The notes: generated by a model not told the origin, from the sequence alone. A DNA stretch of 64,000 nucleotides from an uncultured SAR86 cluster bacterium (GCA_902593675.1 CACJJI010000004.1:6170-70169); one strand, 5' to 3'. Shown: positions 10,303 to 22,157, numbered from the stretch's first letter. Translations and numbers: made by a program.

Positions 10303-10716
10303 TTAAATTTTTTCTAATTTAGTTTTTGAAAGAATATCATTTACTGCAAGTTTTTTTGAATCTGCATAAATTAGAAATAACGGCATACCAAGCAGTGCAA
10401 GAATTCCACAGTTTACTAAATATCTCAGAAAGGTTTGTTTTAGCGTGATTTGGTCATGATTCTGATCTGTATTAACAATTTTATATTTCCAAACTTGCAT
10501 TCCAAGCGTTTGTCCATTCTTCATCCAAAAAAATGCATAAAAAGCCCATCCACTCAGAAATACCAATAAACTTCCAAGCACTGGATTCAGTATTTCTCCA
10601 CCATTCAACCATAGGGCTAATGAACCTACTAGAAACCAAACTCCAAGCAGCAAAAAGAAGTCATAGACTGAAGCTATGATTCGTAGAAAGGGTCCAACGT
10701 AAGGTGTTTTTTCCAT
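10303..10716 (-). CDS. RDD family membrane protein
   Basis: Small three-TM protein with an R...D..D pattern (PFLRIIASVYDFFLL). I prefer the internal Met at 10716, because the longest ORF (to 10767) would overlap the divergent POT start. Confidence 0.55.
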   Translation of the reverse strand: MEKTPYVGPFLRIIASVYDFFLLLGVWFLVGSLALWLNGGEILNPVLGSLLVFLSGWAFYAFFWMKNGQTLGMQVWKYKIVNTDQNHDQITLKQTFLRYLVNCGILALLGMPLFLIYADSKKLAVNDILSKTKLEKI

Positions 10717-10757
10717 TAGTTTGATATAGTATCTCCATAAATCATAACTCAAATAAT

Positions 10758-12224
10758 ATGAATACAAGTAATACTTTTTTTGGGCATCCTATTGGATTAA
10801 GAACACTATTTTTGACTGAAATGTGGGAGCGCATGTCTTATTATGGAATGCGGGCTTTATTGGTTTTATACATGACAGGTGCAGTTACTGGCTTTAATCC
10901 TGGCCTAGGCTGGTCGCAAATTGAGTCCCAAGCAATTTATGGTATTTACTCTGGGATGGTCTATTTTATGGTTGTTCCAGGAGGGTGGATTGCAGATAAC
11001 ATATTAGGGCATCAAAAAGCTGTATTAATAGGAGCTCTCATTATTGCCTTGGGTCATTTTACTTTAGCCATTCCTATTGAGCAGACATTTTTCTTGGGTT
11101 TGATTTTTGTTGTATTAGGCACCGGTCTTCTTAAGGGAAATATTTCCACCATTGTTGGTCAGTTATATGAGGGTCAAGATGATAAGAGAGATTCTGGCTA
11201 CACCATTTTTTATATGTCTATCAATATAGGCTCAACACTTGGATTTTTGATTTGCTCATATTTAGGTGAAAAAATTGGATGGCATTGGGGATTTGGTGCT
11301 GCCGGGATAGGGATGACTTTTGGTGTCATTCAATATATCAAACACAGACATCTATTGGGGGATGCTGGTATGCATCCTAATGAAATGTCAGATGATAAGC
11401 GCAAAAAGCTTACTAATTATTTAAAAGTATCGCTTGTGGGAATGTTTATGGTCATCGGAGCGGGCCTCCTTGGTTTCTTTACTATTGATCCAAGATTCTT
11501 TGCTGAGCAATTTGCATATTTTCTTACAATTATTGCTGGCTTGTATTTTATTTATTTGTTTCTTTTTGCAGGACTAAATGCTGCTGAAAGAAAAAATTTA
11601 ATACTCTTATTTCTACTCTTTATAGGGGCTGCTGCTTTTTGGTCAGGTTTTGATCAATCAGCAGGCTCATTAAATATTTTTGCAAGAGACTATACAGATT
11701 TATCTATCGCAGGATATGAGATTCCAGTTGGATGGCTGCAGTTTGCAAATCCTGTAATTGTTGTTTTATTTGCCCCAATCTTTGCTGGGATTTGGGCACA
11801 ATTAGCTAGAAAAAATTTAGATCCATCATTGCCAATTAAATTTGCAATTGGACTTTTATTTATGGCATTGAGCTTTCTTGTAATGATTGTTGCTGTAAAA
11901 ATCGCTCTTGAATCATCTCCTGTAGGCATGCAATGGCTGTTACTAACATACTTGTTTCAAACTTGGGGTGAATTAGCCTTATCACCAATTGGTTTATCAG
12001 CATTTTCTCGTTATGGCCCTAAGCGTTACATGGGTCAGATGTTTGGTTTATGGTTTTTAGCAAGCGCAATTGGAGGAGTTCTTGCAGGATTGCTTGGAGG
12101 AGAGGCCTTGGATGGCGGGCTTGAGACTATATCACCAGTTTTTGAATTTATGATTCAGTATTATCTGGTCATTGCTGTTGCATTAATTGCGCTATCTTTT
12201 GTTATTAAAACAGCAAAAGATTAA
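10758..12224 (+). CDS. Proton-dependent oligopeptide transporter (POT/PTR2 family, DtpT-like)
   Basis: The N-terminus FGHPIGLRTLFLTEMWERMSYYGMRALLVLY matches the PTR2 signature region. The protein has about 14 hydrophobic segments. Confidence 0.88.
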   Translation: MNTSNTFFGHPIGLRTLFLTEMWERMSYYGMRALLVLYMTGAVTGFNPGLGWSQIESQAIYGIYSGMVYFMVVPGGWIADNILGHQKAVLIGALIIALGHFTLAIPIEQTFFLGLIFVVLGTGLLKGNISTIVGQLYEGQDDKRDSGYTIFYMSINIGSTLGFLICSYLGEKIGWHWGFGAAGIGMTFGVIQYIKHRHLLGDAGMHPNEMSDDKRKKLTNYLKVSLVGMFMVIGAGLLGFFTIDPRFFAEQFAYFLTIIAGLYFIYLFLFAGLNAAERKNLILLFLLFIGAAAFWSGFDQSAGSLNIFARDYTDLSIAGYEIPVGWLQFANPVIVVLFAPIFAGIWAQLARKNLDPSLPIKFAIGLLFMALSFLVMIVAVKIALESSPVGMQWLLLTYLFQTWGELALSPIGLSAFSRYGPKRYMGQMFGLWFLASAIGGVLAGLLGGEALDGGLETISPVFEFMIQYYLVIAVALIALSFVIKTAKD

Positions 12225-12230
12225 ATGTTT

Positions 12231-13367
12231 TTAGCTTGCTTGATTATTAGTTTCAACAAGAATCTGTTGGTAAATCTCTTGCAGCAATGCCAAGTCTGCT
12301 AAAGAGATTTTTTCATCTATCTTGTGAATGGTTTGATTTCTTGGCCCTAGTTCAATAACTTCTGAGCCAGATGGTGAAACCCATCTCCCATCGGATGTTC
12401 CTCCGCCATTATCGATGATTGCTTCCTTGCCATTTATCATTTTTAAAGCCGTTTGAATAATAGAAAGAAATTCAGTTTTTTTTGTTAAATACGGCTGAGC
12501 ATTTAAAGTCCAATCTATTTCAAAGGAACATTTTGATTTTTCTAAAATTTGAATAAATCTTTCTTTGAGTGATTCCTGACTCGATTCTGGAGAAAACCTA
12601 AAATTAAAGTGCATGTTTAAATGTCCTGGAACAACATTTGTAGCTCCAGTCCCAGAATCAATATTTGAAATTTGAAACGATGTTGAATCGAACTGTTCAT
12701 TGCCTTCATCCCAAATAACTTGGTTGAGTTCATTGATAATAGGTCCTATCTCTAAAATAGGGCTTAAAACTTTTTGGGGGTATGCAACATGACCCTGTTT
12801 ACCAATTAATTTAAGCCTCCCACTTAAAGATCCTCTGCGGCCGACTCTTAAGACATCTCCAACATTATCAGATGAGCTAGCCTCACCAACTAAGCAGTAA
12901 TCAATAAACTGATTTTGCTTGGTAAGAGAGTCCATCAAGGTATTGATTTTTCCATCAGCTGGCTCACCTTCTTCGTTACTAGTTAGCATTATCCATATTT
13001 GAAAATTAGGTATTGGGTTATCAGATAAAAAATTTTTTACTGATTGGACAAAGGCGGCAACACTAGCTTTCATATCTGCTGCCCCTCTACCTATTAACTC
13101 TCCATCAATAACATTTGCCTCAAAAGGATTGGAAGTCCATTCTTCTTCTGGACCAGAGGGCACAACATCAGTATGTCCAAGATAGCAAAACACTTTTCCT
13201 GAATCGCCATATTTTGCTAATAGCGTCTCACAATTCAATTCTGGAATTCTCTCTATTTGAAAGCCTAAGGGGCTTAACTCTGTTTCTATAAGTTCAAAGC
13301 AACCCCCATCTTCTGGAGAGATAGATTTTATTTTTATGAGAGATTGAGCGAGCTCTAGAGCAGACAT
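12231..13367 (-). CDS. dapE: Succinyl-diaminopimelate desuccinylase
   Basis: M20 peptidase features (GHTDVVP, RGAADMK, NEEG). It lies adjacent to dapD. Confidence 0.85.
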   Translation of the reverse strand: MSALELAQSLIKIKSISPEDGGCFELIETELSPLGFQIERIPELNCETLLAKYGDSGKVFCYLGHTDVVPSGPEEEWTSNPFEANVIDGELIGRGAADMKASVAAFVQSVKNFLSDNPIPNFQIWIMLTSNEEGEPADGKINTLMDSLTKQNQFIDYCLVGEASSSDNVGDVLRVGRRGSLSGRLKLIGKQGHVAYPQKVLSPILEIGPIINELNQVIWDEGNEQFDSTSFQISNIDSGTGATNVVPGHLNMHFNFRFSPESSQESLKERFIQILEKSKCSFEIDWTLNAQPYLTKKTEFLSIIQTALKMINGKEAIIDNGGGTSDGRWVSPSGSEVIELGPRNQTIHKIDEKISLADLALLQEIYQQILVETNNQAS

Positions 13368-13372
13368 ATATT

Positions 13373-14380
13373 TTAGTTTTTATGAAGGGTTTGGTTTAAT
13401 GCTACTGATTTAGAGTTAATTCTTGCTTCAATAGCTCCACTTTGAGAGTTTCTAATAAATAATAAATTATCCTGTCCTGCAAGCTCTGATGCCTTAACAA
13501 TAGACCCACTTTCATTATCAGAATTATAAGCTGTAATTTTTGATCCGCCTGTCAAATAGAGGCCTGCTTCAACAATACAATTGTCACCTATTGGAATTCC
13601 TAATCCAGAATTTGCACCTAGGAGACAATTTTCACCTATGGATATCTTTACATTGTTACCTCCTGAGAGAGTTCCCATTGTGCTGCAGCCACCTCCCAAA
13701 TCTGAGTTTTTGCCAACCACAACTCCAGCTGAGATTCTTCCTTCTATCATTGCTGAACCAAGTGTTCCTGCATTGAAATTTACAAAACCCTCATGCATAA
13801 CGGTTGTTCCTTCACTTAGGTATGCCCCAAGCCTGACTCTGCTTGCATCTGCGATACGAACTCCTGGAGGAATAATATAGTCTGTTAAGCATGGAAATTT
13901 GTCGATCGATTTAATTTTAAGCGCCTGATTATTTGCTTTTGCAGACAGAATTTTTTCTTCAATTTCATCTAGTTCCACTGGTCCCTGGTTAGTCCAGGCA
14001 ACATTTAAGAGAGAGTCAAAAAGGTTATCAAGGTTTAATGAATTAGGTAAAAAATGCTTATATGAAATTAGATGTAGTTTTAAATATGCCTCTTCAATAC
14101 ATTCAATGGGATGGTTATCTAAGATTCTGCATAAGACTAAAGTTTTATTTTTATCAAGATCACCCATGGCTATTTTTAAATTTTCATCTGGCAGATTGAG
14201 CTGAGCAACGCCCTTTATTTCAGTCACATCTTGATTCATTAAGGCATCCCACTTCTCATACATGAGGCTGATTTCATCTTTACCATTTTTAAAGCTAATA
14301 CAGGGATAATAGGCATCCAATGTATTACCTGAGTTGCCTTTAGTAGCAATGCCAAGGCCAATTAATGGGAGGTTGTTCAT
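13373..14380 (-). CDS. dapD: Tetrahydrodipicolinate N-succinyltransferase (long, Pseudomonas-type form)
   Basis: C-terminal left-handed beta-helix hexapeptide repeats (GENCLLGANSGLGIPIGDNCIVEAG). It sits in the map-glnD-dapD synteny block. Confidence 0.85.
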   Translation of the reverse strand: MNNLPLIGLGIATKGNSGNTLDAYYPCISFKNGKDEISLMYEKWDALMNQDVTEIKGVAQLNLPDENLKIAMGDLDKNKTLVLCRILDNHPIECIEEAYLKLHLISYKHFLPNSLNLDNLFDSLLNVAWTNQGPVELDEIEEKILSAKANNQALKIKSIDKFPCLTDYIIPPGVRIADASRVRLGAYLSEGTTVMHEGFVNFNAGTLGSAMIEGRISAGVVVGKNSDLGGGCSTMGTLSGGNNVKISIGENCLLGANSGLGIPIGDNCIVEAGLYLTGGSKITAYNSDNESGSIVKASELAGQDNLLFIRNSQSGAIEARINSKSVALNQTLHKN

Positions 14381-14418
14381 ATGCTTATTATAGGTAGTCT
14401 CAATGTTAATTGCAGAGC

Positions 14419-16935
14419 TTAAAGGTTCTTTAGCTTCTTTTGCAACTGATTAGTTTTATTTTGAGAAATGCATAATTTAGTTTTCTCATCAATTACAGTG
14501 AAATTATCCTCCACTTTTTCTCCAAGAGTTGTAATTCTTGCTGAGTCAATGCTCACACCATGATGTAAAAAAATGTTTGCAACTTTGGAGAGTAAATTTG
14601 GTTGATCTAAGGTTTCTATAGTAATTAAACTAGCATCTCTCTTTTTTGAAGGAGAAACGTTTACCCTGGTATGGTATTCGAAAACTTTTTTATGTACTGC
14701 TTTTGGTTTAGCATTTGTTTTAAAATTCTCTGAAGATATTGCGTTAATGATTTTTTGTTCAGTGTTTTGAATATCTCTTTGTATTAAATTACCTCCAAGG
14801 ATTTTATGTTTACAAATAAAAGTGTTCATAGCATATTTTCCATCTTTGGTTGTATGAATATCTGAATCAATGGTTTCTAATGAGAGCTGTTCAAAGCTTC
14901 GAACAGTTTTTAAAAATAAGCCTGCTTGATTGGGCGTGAAGATAAATATTTCAATAAGATTTTTTCTAGTATTTACAAAGACTGATGTTTTTCCTTTAGA
15001 TGTAGCCACAGTCTTAGCTTGATTTATAAGTTGCGCCAGTTGATATTTAGAAAAATAAGCATCAGGTAACTGCTCCCATACTTCATTCAATAAATTATGT
15101 CCTTGCTTGATTGCATTTGCTGACGCAGCTTTTCTTTCATTAACAATTGATTGATTGGATTGCGCTTCCTCAAGATTCAACTTTCTCCTTGATGACATGA
15201 AAAGCTGCTTTAATAAATCATGCTTCCATGAGTTCCATAGAGTTGGATTAGTTCCTCTTATATCATTGATGGTTAGCATGTAGATGTAATTTAGTTTTTC
15301 GATGGTATTTACATTTTTAGTAAAATTGATGATTGTTTCAGGATCATGCACATCAGTCTTTTGTGATATAGATGACATTATGAGATGGTTTTTTACAAGC
15401 CAACATAATAGCTGAGTATCATGAATAGAAAAACTTAACCTTTTACAGAATCTCTCAACTATCTTTTCCCCTATCTCAGAATGATCTCCACCTTTGCCTT
15501 TTCCAAGATCATGAAAAATTCCTGCAAGATATAAAAGCTCAATCTTTGGCAGTTTATTAATAAGCTCATGTTCAATTTGCATTGATTGATCTACTTTTCC
15601 AATTTGCATTTGCCTCATGTTTCTCACCACCTTGAAAGTATGCTCATCAACTGTGTATACATGAAACATATCAAATTGCATTTGACCTTCAATTTCTCCA
15701 AATTCAGGAATCAGCAACCTCATTAAGCCTAGTTGCTTAAGTTTTTTGAGTATGGTGGAAAGATTTGTAGTGGATTTTAGTATTTGGAGAAATTGAGATC
15801 CTGCTGCAGGCAATAAAAAATACTTAGGATCAATCTTGATCAAAGATCTCTGTATTTTTCTGATGGATTTAAAATCGAGACCATTAATTTTTTTGAGTTT
15901 TCCAACTTGGATCAAGCTATCTAAAATTAATTCAGGTCTTTTAGAGAGATTAATGCTATCTGCAATTCCAAGTCGATCTTTAAAAACATAGTAATTTTTT
16001 GTGTAAGGCCTTTTAAGCATAGTTAATTGGTCATCGTATGCCTGAAAAACTAGCTCATTAAAGTCTGATAGATTGGAAGCATGCAAAAAAAATGTCCTCA
16101 TGAATTTCTCAACCGCAGAAGATTTTTTAGAGGCTTTAAGTTTAGCTTTTTTAGCAAGCTGCAGTTGATTCTCAAAGCTAATTCGATTTGCGCTACTTTC
16201 GAGGTTAATAAAGAATCTTAGAGTTTTAATGTGCGCGTATGATTTATTGATGCTAGCTACCTCTTTTTTTGAGAACATTTCTGCTTTTACACAATCTTGC
16301 AATTGTTTAATTTCAAAGCAATGCTCTAGTATCCAAAAAGCAGTTTGAAAATCTCGCAAGCAACCTGGAGACTCTTTGAGATCTGGTTCAAGGCTGAATT
16401 CAGTGGAATCAAAAGATTTAAATCTTTGATTTTGCTCAATTTGCTTAGCCTTAAAGAATTTAGTTTTATTCCATTTTTTTGAAACCCTATTTAAGTCATG
16501 ATCTAAGCTGGTAATCTTATCTTTTTTGCAAAAAATAATTCTATAAGAAAGATAGGAAGTAAATTCTTTTAGATCAGATTTAGTGATGTTTTCTATATCT
16601 TTTATAGTTCGAACTGAATGCCCAACTTTTACCTTGAGAGTCCAAAGCCATCCTATAAAATTTTTAATGTCTTCAATCTTTTTTGTCTTTGCATTTAATT
16701 GAATAATAGAGAGGTCAATGTCGGAGGATGGAAAGAGCTCTTTTCTTCCATAGCCTCCAAGTGCAACTAAGGCAAAATCTGTTTCAAGCTCTCTTCGTAT
16801 GAACTCCTTTCTAATAATTACATCAAATATAATTGACCTCTTTTCAAGATAGGACTGAATCAGTTCAGGTTTTTGAAATACACTGTAAAAACTTTTTTTA
16901 AAGTCAAGATTGATGCTTTCTAATGAGTTGCTCAA
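14419..16935 (-). CDS. glnD: Bifunctional [protein-PII] uridylyltransferase/uridylyl-removing enzyme
   Basis: Carries the nucleotidyltransferase motif GGYGRKELFPSSDIDL and the HD domain (FHDLGKG), with a C-terminal ACT-like region. There is no Met between the map stop and the NTase motif, so I infer a TTG start at 16935 that overlaps the map stop (TTGA). Confidence 0.88.
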   Translation of the reverse strand: MSNSLESINLDFKKSFYSVFQKPELIQSYLEKRSIIFDVIIRKEFIRRELETDFALVALGGYGRKELFPSSDIDLSIIQLNAKTKKIEDIKNFIGWLWTLKVKVGHSVRTIKDIENITKSDLKEFTSYLSYRIIFCKKDKITSLDHDLNRVSKKWNKTKFFKAKQIEQNQRFKSFDSTEFSLEPDLKESPGCLRDFQTAFWILEHCFEIKQLQDCVKAEMFSKKEVASINKSYAHIKTLRFFINLESSANRISFENQLQLAKKAKLKASKKSSAVEKFMRTFFLHASNLSDFNELVFQAYDDQLTMLKRPYTKNYYVFKDRLGIADSINLSKRPELILDSLIQVGKLKKINGLDFKSIRKIQRSLIKIDPKYFLLPAAGSQFLQILKSTTNLSTILKKLKQLGLMRLLIPEFGEIEGQMQFDMFHVYTVDEHTFKVVRNMRQMQIGKVDQSMQIEHELINKLPKIELLYLAGIFHDLGKGKGGDHSEIGEKIVERFCKRLSFSIHDTQLLCWLVKNHLIMSSISQKTDVHDPETIINFTKNVNTIEKLNYIYMLTINDIRGTNPTLWNSWKHDLLKQLFMSSRRKLNLEEAQSNQSIVNERKAASANAIKQGHNLLNEVWEQLPDAYFSKYQLAQLINQAKTVATSKGKTSVFVNTRKNLIEIFIFTPNQAGLFLKTVRSFEQLSLETIDSDIHTTKDGKYAMNTFICKHKILGGNLIQRDIQNTEQKIINAISSENFKTNAKPKAVHKKVFEYHTRVNVSPSKKRDASLITIETLDQPNLLSKVANIFLHHGVSIDSARITTLGEKVEDNFTVIDEKTKLCISQNKTNQLQKKLKNL

Positions 16936-17702
16936 AAGGATTCTTCGCTGCGCTTTGTAAGAACTTCTACGCCAGACGCTGTAACTGCAAGAGTGTGTTC
17001 CCATTGAGCTGAATTTCTTCCATCTTTGGTTTCTACAGTCCATCCGTCGCTTAAGATTTTTGTATATTTTGATCCCTGATTGATCATTGGCTCAATCGTA
17101 AAACACATGCCTTCTTTAATTTCTATGCCTTTACCAGTTTTGCCATAATGGAGCACCTGGGGTTCTTCATGATAGACCTGACCAATCCCATGACCACAAT
17201 AGTCCTCCACGACTGAGTAGTGATTTTTTTCTGCATGCTCTTGAATAACAGCGCCTATATCGCCTAAATGAGCTCCTGGTTTTACAACCTCTATTGCTTT
17301 GTATAAACATTCTTGAGTGACTTTAACAAGTCTTTCATTGTGGGGTTGGGTCTTACCAACCAAGAACATTTTTGATGTATCACCATGCCATCCATCACGA
17401 ATAACTGTTACATCTATATTTAAAATATCTCCATCCTTGAGTATTTTTTTATCTGAGGGAATTCCATGGCAGATTACTTGATTCACACTTGAACAAATCG
17501 TTTTTTCAAAACCTTTGTAACCTACATTCGCAGGAATGGCTTTTTGTTCATTCACGATAAAGTTATAACACCTTTTATCCAGCTCTTCAGTGCTCACTCC
17601 AGGTACCACATATGGAGTAATCATTTCCAAAACCTGAGCTGCCAATTGGCCAGCAACTCTCATCTGAGATATTTGATCTTGATTTTTTAAATTTATCTTC
17701 AT
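16932..17702 (-). CDS. map: Type I methionine aminopeptidase
   Basis: 256 aa. Metal-ligand context is typical of MetAP-I (DILNIDVT, GHGIG, FTIEPM, AQWEHT). Confidence 0.95.
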   Translation of the reverse strand: MKINLKNQDQISQMRVAGQLAAQVLEMITPYVVPGVSTEELDKRCYNFIVNEQKAIPANVGYKGFEKTICSSVNQVICHGIPSDKKILKDGDILNIDVTVIRDGWHGDTSKMFLVGKTQPHNERLVKVTQECLYKAIEVVKPGAHLGDIGAVIQEHAEKNHYSVVEDYCGHGIGQVYHEEPQVLHYGKTGKGIEIKEGMCFTIEPMINQGSKYTKILSDGWTVETKDGRNSAQWEHTLAVTASGVEVLTKRSEESF

Positions 17703-17842
17703 TTTTTTTAAAATTTAATGGACGTTAAGGACTTATCAATATAAAGTACCCTTTTAATGCCAGCGCACAATTTTAGCTCATTAAATCCTCAATTTTCACA
17801 ATTTTTTACTATCTTTTATACCCCATTTGAGGGAAGTTGCTA

Positions 17843-18967
17843 ATGTCGTTTCCTGCCATTTTAGTTTTAGAAGATGGTACTGTTATTGAAGGCACTGGGT
17901 TCGGTGCAACAAAGCCATCAGTCGGTGAAATTGTTTTCAATACCTCAATGTCAGGTTATCAAGAGATTATTACCGATCCATCATATGCTAAACAAATTAT
18001 AGCTTTTACCCATCCCCATATTGGAAATACCGGAATTAATGATGAGGATAATGAATCTGATAGCATTTTTGCTTCTGGAATCGTCATTAAAGACTTACCA
18101 GATCATTTCAGTAATTGGCGAGCAACGCAATCTCTTAATAGCTTCCTTGAATCAAAGGAAACCATTGGAATTTCAAATATTGATACAAGAGAATTAACTG
18201 CAAAGTTAAGAGATCATGGGTCATTAAAAGCATGCATTGCTCCCGGGGATCAAGATTCTTTATCAATCGCCAAAGAAGCTCTGAATCAATTTAGTGGATT
18301 AGAAGGTCTTGATCTGGCGAAGGAGGTATCAACTAAAAATTCTTTCTCTTGGGATGAGGGTACCTGGCCAAATTACCAAGAGGTTAAGAATGAGCAACTT
18401 ATCGTTGCAGTTGATTTTGGGATAAAGAGAAATATTTTAAGACTTTTGAGGAAACATGTAGGGAAGGTGCGAGTGGTAAATGCAGAAATAAGTTTTGATG
18501 AACTTATGGAACTCAAACCAGATGGGGTATTTTTATCAAATGGGCCAGGAGACCCTGAACCTTGTGTCTATGCAATCGAATTAATTCAGAAATTGCTTGA
18601 AATTAACATGCCGATTTTTGGAATATGTTTAGGTCATCAACTTCTTGCTCTTTCAGGTGGGTGCAAAACCTACAAGATGAAATTTGGTCATCATGGTGCT
18701 AACCATCCTGTGCAAGATCTCTTAAGTAAAGTTGTTTATATAACTAGTCAAAATCATGGCTTTGCCGTTGATTTATCTAGCCTGCCTGAAAATATTGAAC
18801 CTACTCACATCTCGTTATTTGACCAAAGCTTGCAAGGCATTACTTTTAAGGACAAGCCAGCATTTAGTTTTCAAGGGCATCCAGAGGCCAGTCCTGGGCC
18901 TCATGAGCTGGAAGAGCTATTTATAAATTTTAATTTAATGATCGAGAATAATGCCAAAAAGAACTGA
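17843..18967 (+). CDS. carA: Carbamoyl-phosphate synthase small (glutaminase) subunit
   Basis: Carries the GICLGHQLL catalytic Cys motif and HGANHPV. ATG 17843 is preferred over TTG 17837 because the GAGGGA SD lies about 8 nt upstream. Confidence 0.95.
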   Translation: MSFPAILVLEDGTVIEGTGFGATKPSVGEIVFNTSMSGYQEIITDPSYAKQIIAFTHPHIGNTGINDEDNESDSIFASGIVIKDLPDHFSNWRATQSLNSFLESKETIGISNIDTRELTAKLRDHGSLKACIAPGDQDSLSIAKEALNQFSGLEGLDLAKEVSTKNSFSWDEGTWPNYQEVKNEQLIVAVDFGIKRNILRLLRKHVGKVRVVNAEISFDELMELKPDGVFLSNGPGDPEPCVYAIELIQKLLEINMPIFGICLGHQLLALSGGCKTYKMKFGHHGANHPVQDLLSKVVYITSQNHGFAVDLSSLPENIEPTHISLFDQSLQGITFKDKPAFSFQGHPEASPGPHELEELFINFNLMIENNAKKN

Positions 18968-21900
18968 CATCAAATCTGTTTTGATTATTGGTGCTGGGCC
19001 AATAATTATAGGTCAAGCTTGTGAGTTTGATTATTCGGGTGCTCAAGCTTGCAAAGCCCTAAAGGCTGAAGGTTTTCGGGTCATCTTAGTCAATTCTAAT
19101 CCTGCTACAATCATGACTGATCCCTTGCTAGCAGATGCTACATACATAGAACCAATTCATTGGCAATCTATTGAAAAAATCATCGCTAAGGAGCGTCCAG
19201 ATGCATTGCTACCAACTATGGGAGGACAAACCGGCCTAAATACAGCCTTGACATTGGCAAAAGAAGGAGTTTTAAAAAAATATAATGTTGAGTTAATTGG
19301 TGCATCAAGAGAGGCTATAGATAAAGCAGAAGATAGAGAGCTCTTTGATAAAACGATGAAAGGCATTGGGATTGAGACTCCAAGATCTGGAATAGCTCAC
19401 TCAATGGAGGAGGCTCTAGCAGTTCAAGAGGGGCTTGGATTTCCCTGCATTATACGCCCCTCTTTTACTTTAGGTGGTTCTGGAGGTGGAGTCGCTTATA
19501 ACATTGAGGAATTTAAACAAATTTGTGAAAAAGGGCTAGATCTTTCTCCAACAACCGAGTTATTAATTGACGAATCATTGCTTGGTTGGAAGGAATATGA
19601 GCTGGAGGTTGTAAGAGACAAAAATGATAATTGTATCATTATATGTTCGATCGAAAACCTTGATCCTATGGGGGTACATACTGGCGACTCAATTACAGTT
19701 GCTCCAGCACAAACATTAACAGATAAGGAATATCAGATTTTAAGAGATCAATCATTCAAAATTTTAAGAGAAATTGGGGTTGAAACAGGAGGAAGTAATG
19801 TTCAATTTGGTATCAACCCTGAAAATGGAAGAGTAGTTGTTATTGAAATGAATCCTAGAGTGAGTCGTTCATCTGCCTTGGCTTCAAAAGCAACTGGTTT
19901 TCCAATTGCCAAAGTTGCTGCATTGTTATCTGTTGGATTTACGTTGGATGAATTACAAAATGACATAACCAATGGCTTAACGCCTGCATCATTTGAGCCA
20001 TCTATCGATTATATAGTTACAAAAATTCCAAAGTTTGCTTTTGAGAAATTTCCTCAGGCAGACGATCGACTTACAACTCAAATGAAATCTGTTGGTGAAG
20101 TAATGGGTATCGGAAGGACTTTCCAAGAATCTCTTCAAAAAGCCCTTCAAAGCCTGGAGGAAGACTTGCATGGTTTTGAAAGCATCTTAGACAATTCTTC
20201 AAATCAAAATGAAACCCTTCGGTATGAGTTGACTTTTCCCGGCTCTAGAAGAATTTTATATGTTGCAGAGGCAATAAGATTGGGGTGGGATGCAGATAAA
20301 ATAAACCAATTAACCGGAATGGATTTTTGGTTTCTGCATCAAATGATAGATCTAATTGATGAAGAAAATATCCTTCAGGATACCAAACTTCAGGAAATAG
20401 GTTTTGATAAAATGCTTAATCTCAAACAGAAAGGTTTCGCTGACCAGAGAATTGCTGATTTAACTCGCTCAACTTCCAAAGAGGTAAGAAATTTAAGAAA
20501 AAAACTAGGGGTCATTCCATCCTTTAAGAGGGTTGATACTTGTGCTGCTGAATTTGCCACCGAAACGGCATATATGTATTCGGCTTACGAGGGAGAGTGT
20601 GAATCTCTTCCTACCAGTAACAAAAAAGTTATTGTCTTAGGTAGTGGTCCAAACAGGATCGGACAAGGGATTGAGTTTGATTATTGTTGTGTTCATGCCT
20701 CATTCGCACTTCAAGAAGAGGGTTATGAGTCTATTATGATTAATTGTAATCCTGAAACTGTTTCTACAGATTACGACACATCCAATAGATTATATTTTGA
20801 GCCAATTACTGAAGAAAAAGTATTAGACATTATTGATTTAGAAAAACCCGAGGGAGTGATTATTCAATTTGGCGGGCAGACTCCCCTAAAGCTTTCTGAA
20901 GTCTTATTATCAAATAATGTAAAAATTCTTGGTACCGATGTGGATGCTATTGATAGGTCAGAGGACAGAGAAAGATTTCAAGCTCTTGCTCGTCAATTAA
21001 ATCTCAAGCAACCCCCTAACAGTACGGTAAAAAATTTTCAAGAAGCTATCAAAGCATCTAAAGAAATTGGCTTCCCAATCGTAGTAAGACCTTCATATGT
21101 TCTTGGTGGTAGGGCAATGGAACTTGTTCACACTGAGGTAGAACTTGAAAAGTATTTAAAAGAAGCTGTTGAAGTTTCTGATCAAAAACCAATTCTGCTG
21201 GATGGTTATTTGACTGATGCAATTGAAGTCGATGTAGATGTTATTTCGGACGGAAAAGAGATTGAGATTGGCGGTATTTTACAGCACATCGAACAGGCTG
21301 GAATTCATTCAGGTGACTCAGCATGCTCGTTGCCTCCTTATAGTCTCTCAGAAAAAGTCACCGAAGAAATTGAAAAACAAGCAAAAGAGATTGCTGCAGA
21401 ATTAAATGTCATTGGGTTGATGAATATTCAATTTGCAGTTCAGGATGAGAATGTTTTTATTATTGAGGTGAACCCCAGGGCTTCCAGAACTGTTCCATTT
21501 ATTTCTAAATGTTTAGGAGAGTCATTAGTAAAGTCAGCTACAAAAACCATGGTTGGAAAAACATTAAAGGAAATTAGTTTTTCTAATTTATTGCCTAAGA
21601 GTTATTTTTTTGTAAAAGAGGCTGTTCTTCCATTTGATAAATTTCCTGCCGTTGACCCTATCCTTGGTCCAGAAATGAAATCTACTGGAGAGGTAATGGG
21701 TATTGGTTCCAGTTTTGGGGAAGCATATGCAAAGGCTCAAAGAGCTGCAAATAAAATTTTTCCAGATTCAGGCTTGGCATTTATCAGCGTAAAAGAATCT
21801 GATAAAAAATATTTACCTAATTTGCTTCCTTTGCTTTTAGAGCATGGCTTTTCATTAATCGCAACCAAAGGAACTGCTAATGCTATCAAAGAGCTTGGTC

Positions 21901-22157
21901 ATGAGGCACAAGTTATTAATAAAGTGACTGAAGGCAGGCCTCATATTGTTGATGAGTTAGTAAATAATAAGGTTAATCTCTTGATAAATACTACAGAAGG
22001 GCGCCAGTCCATAGAGGATTCTGCCTCTATTAGGAGAACAGCTCTTCAAAATAAATTATTTTGTGTGACTACCATTTTTGGTGCATTTGCCCTCTTAGAG
22101 GCAATGAGCAATGATTCAGATAACTGGGTCTACAACTCCCTTCAAGAAATCAACTAA
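18951..22157 (+). CDS. carB: Carbamoyl-phosphate synthase large subunit
   Basis: 1068 aa with duplicated ATP-grasp halves. The N-terminus [30 protein letters not shown] is typical. Confidence 0.97.
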   Translation: MPKRTDIKSVLIIGAGPIIIGQACEFDYSGAQACKALKAEGFRVILVNSNPATIMTDPLLADATYIEPIHWQSIEKIIAKERPDALLPTMGGQTGLNTALTLAKEGVLKKYNVELIGASREAIDKAEDRELFDKTMKGIGIETPRSGIAHSMEEALAVQEGLGFPCIIRPSFTLGGSGGGVAYNIEEFKQICEKGLDLSPTTELLIDESLLGWKEYELEVVRDKNDNCIIICSIENLDPMGVHTGDSITVAPAQTLTDKEYQILRDQSFKILREIGVETGGSNVQFGINPENGRVVVIEMNPRVSRSSALASKATGFPIAKVAALLSVGFTLDELQNDITNGLTPASFEPSIDYIVTKIPKFAFEKFPQADDRLTTQMKSVGEVMGIGRTFQESLQKALQSLEEDLHGFESILDNSSNQNETLRYELTFPGSRRILYVAEAIRLGWDADKINQLTGMDFWFLHQMIDLIDEENILQDTKLQEIGFDKMLNLKQKGFADQRIADLTRSTSKEVRNLRKKLGVIPSFKRVDTCAAEFATETAYMYSAYEGECESLPTSNKKVIVLGSGPNRIGQGIEFDYCCVHASFALQEEGYESIMINCNPETVSTDYDTSNRLYFEPITEEKVLDIIDLEKPEGVIIQFGGQTPLKLSEVLLSNNVKILGTDVDAIDRSEDRERFQALARQLNLKQPPNSTVKNFQEAIKASKEIGFPIVVRPSYVLGGRAMELVHTEVELEKYLKEAVEVSDQKPILLDGYLTDAIEVDVDVISDGKEIEIGGILQHIEQAGIHSGDSACSLPPYSLSEKVTEEIEKQAKEIAAELNVIGLMNIQFAVQDENVFIIEVNPRASRTVPFISKCLGESLVKSATKTMVGKTLKEISFSNLLPKSYFFVKEAVLPFDKFPAVDPILGPEMKSTGEVMGIGSSFGEAYAKAQRAANKIFPDSGLAFISVKESDKKYLPNLLPLLLEHGFSLIATKGTANAIKELGHEAQVINKVTEGRPHIVDELVNNKVNLLINTTEGRQSIEDSASIRRTALQNKLFCVTTIFGAFALLEAMSNDSDNWVYNSLQEIN

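Noticed and set aside
10717-10767. Longest-ORF start of the RDD protein (MYSYYLSYDLWRYYIKL)
   Set aside because: It would overlap the divergent POT start codon. The internal Met (MEKTPYVGPFLR...) matches the usual short N-terminus of RDD proteins. This is uncertain, and the longer form is noted in the compaction finding.
16936-17043. N-terminal extension of the longest glnD ORF (MDCRNQRWKKFSSMGTHSCSYSVWRRSSYKAQRRIL...)
   Set aside because: It lies entirely inside the 3' end of map in another frame and has no GlnD-like sequence. A TTG at 16935 gives a start/stop overlap with map.
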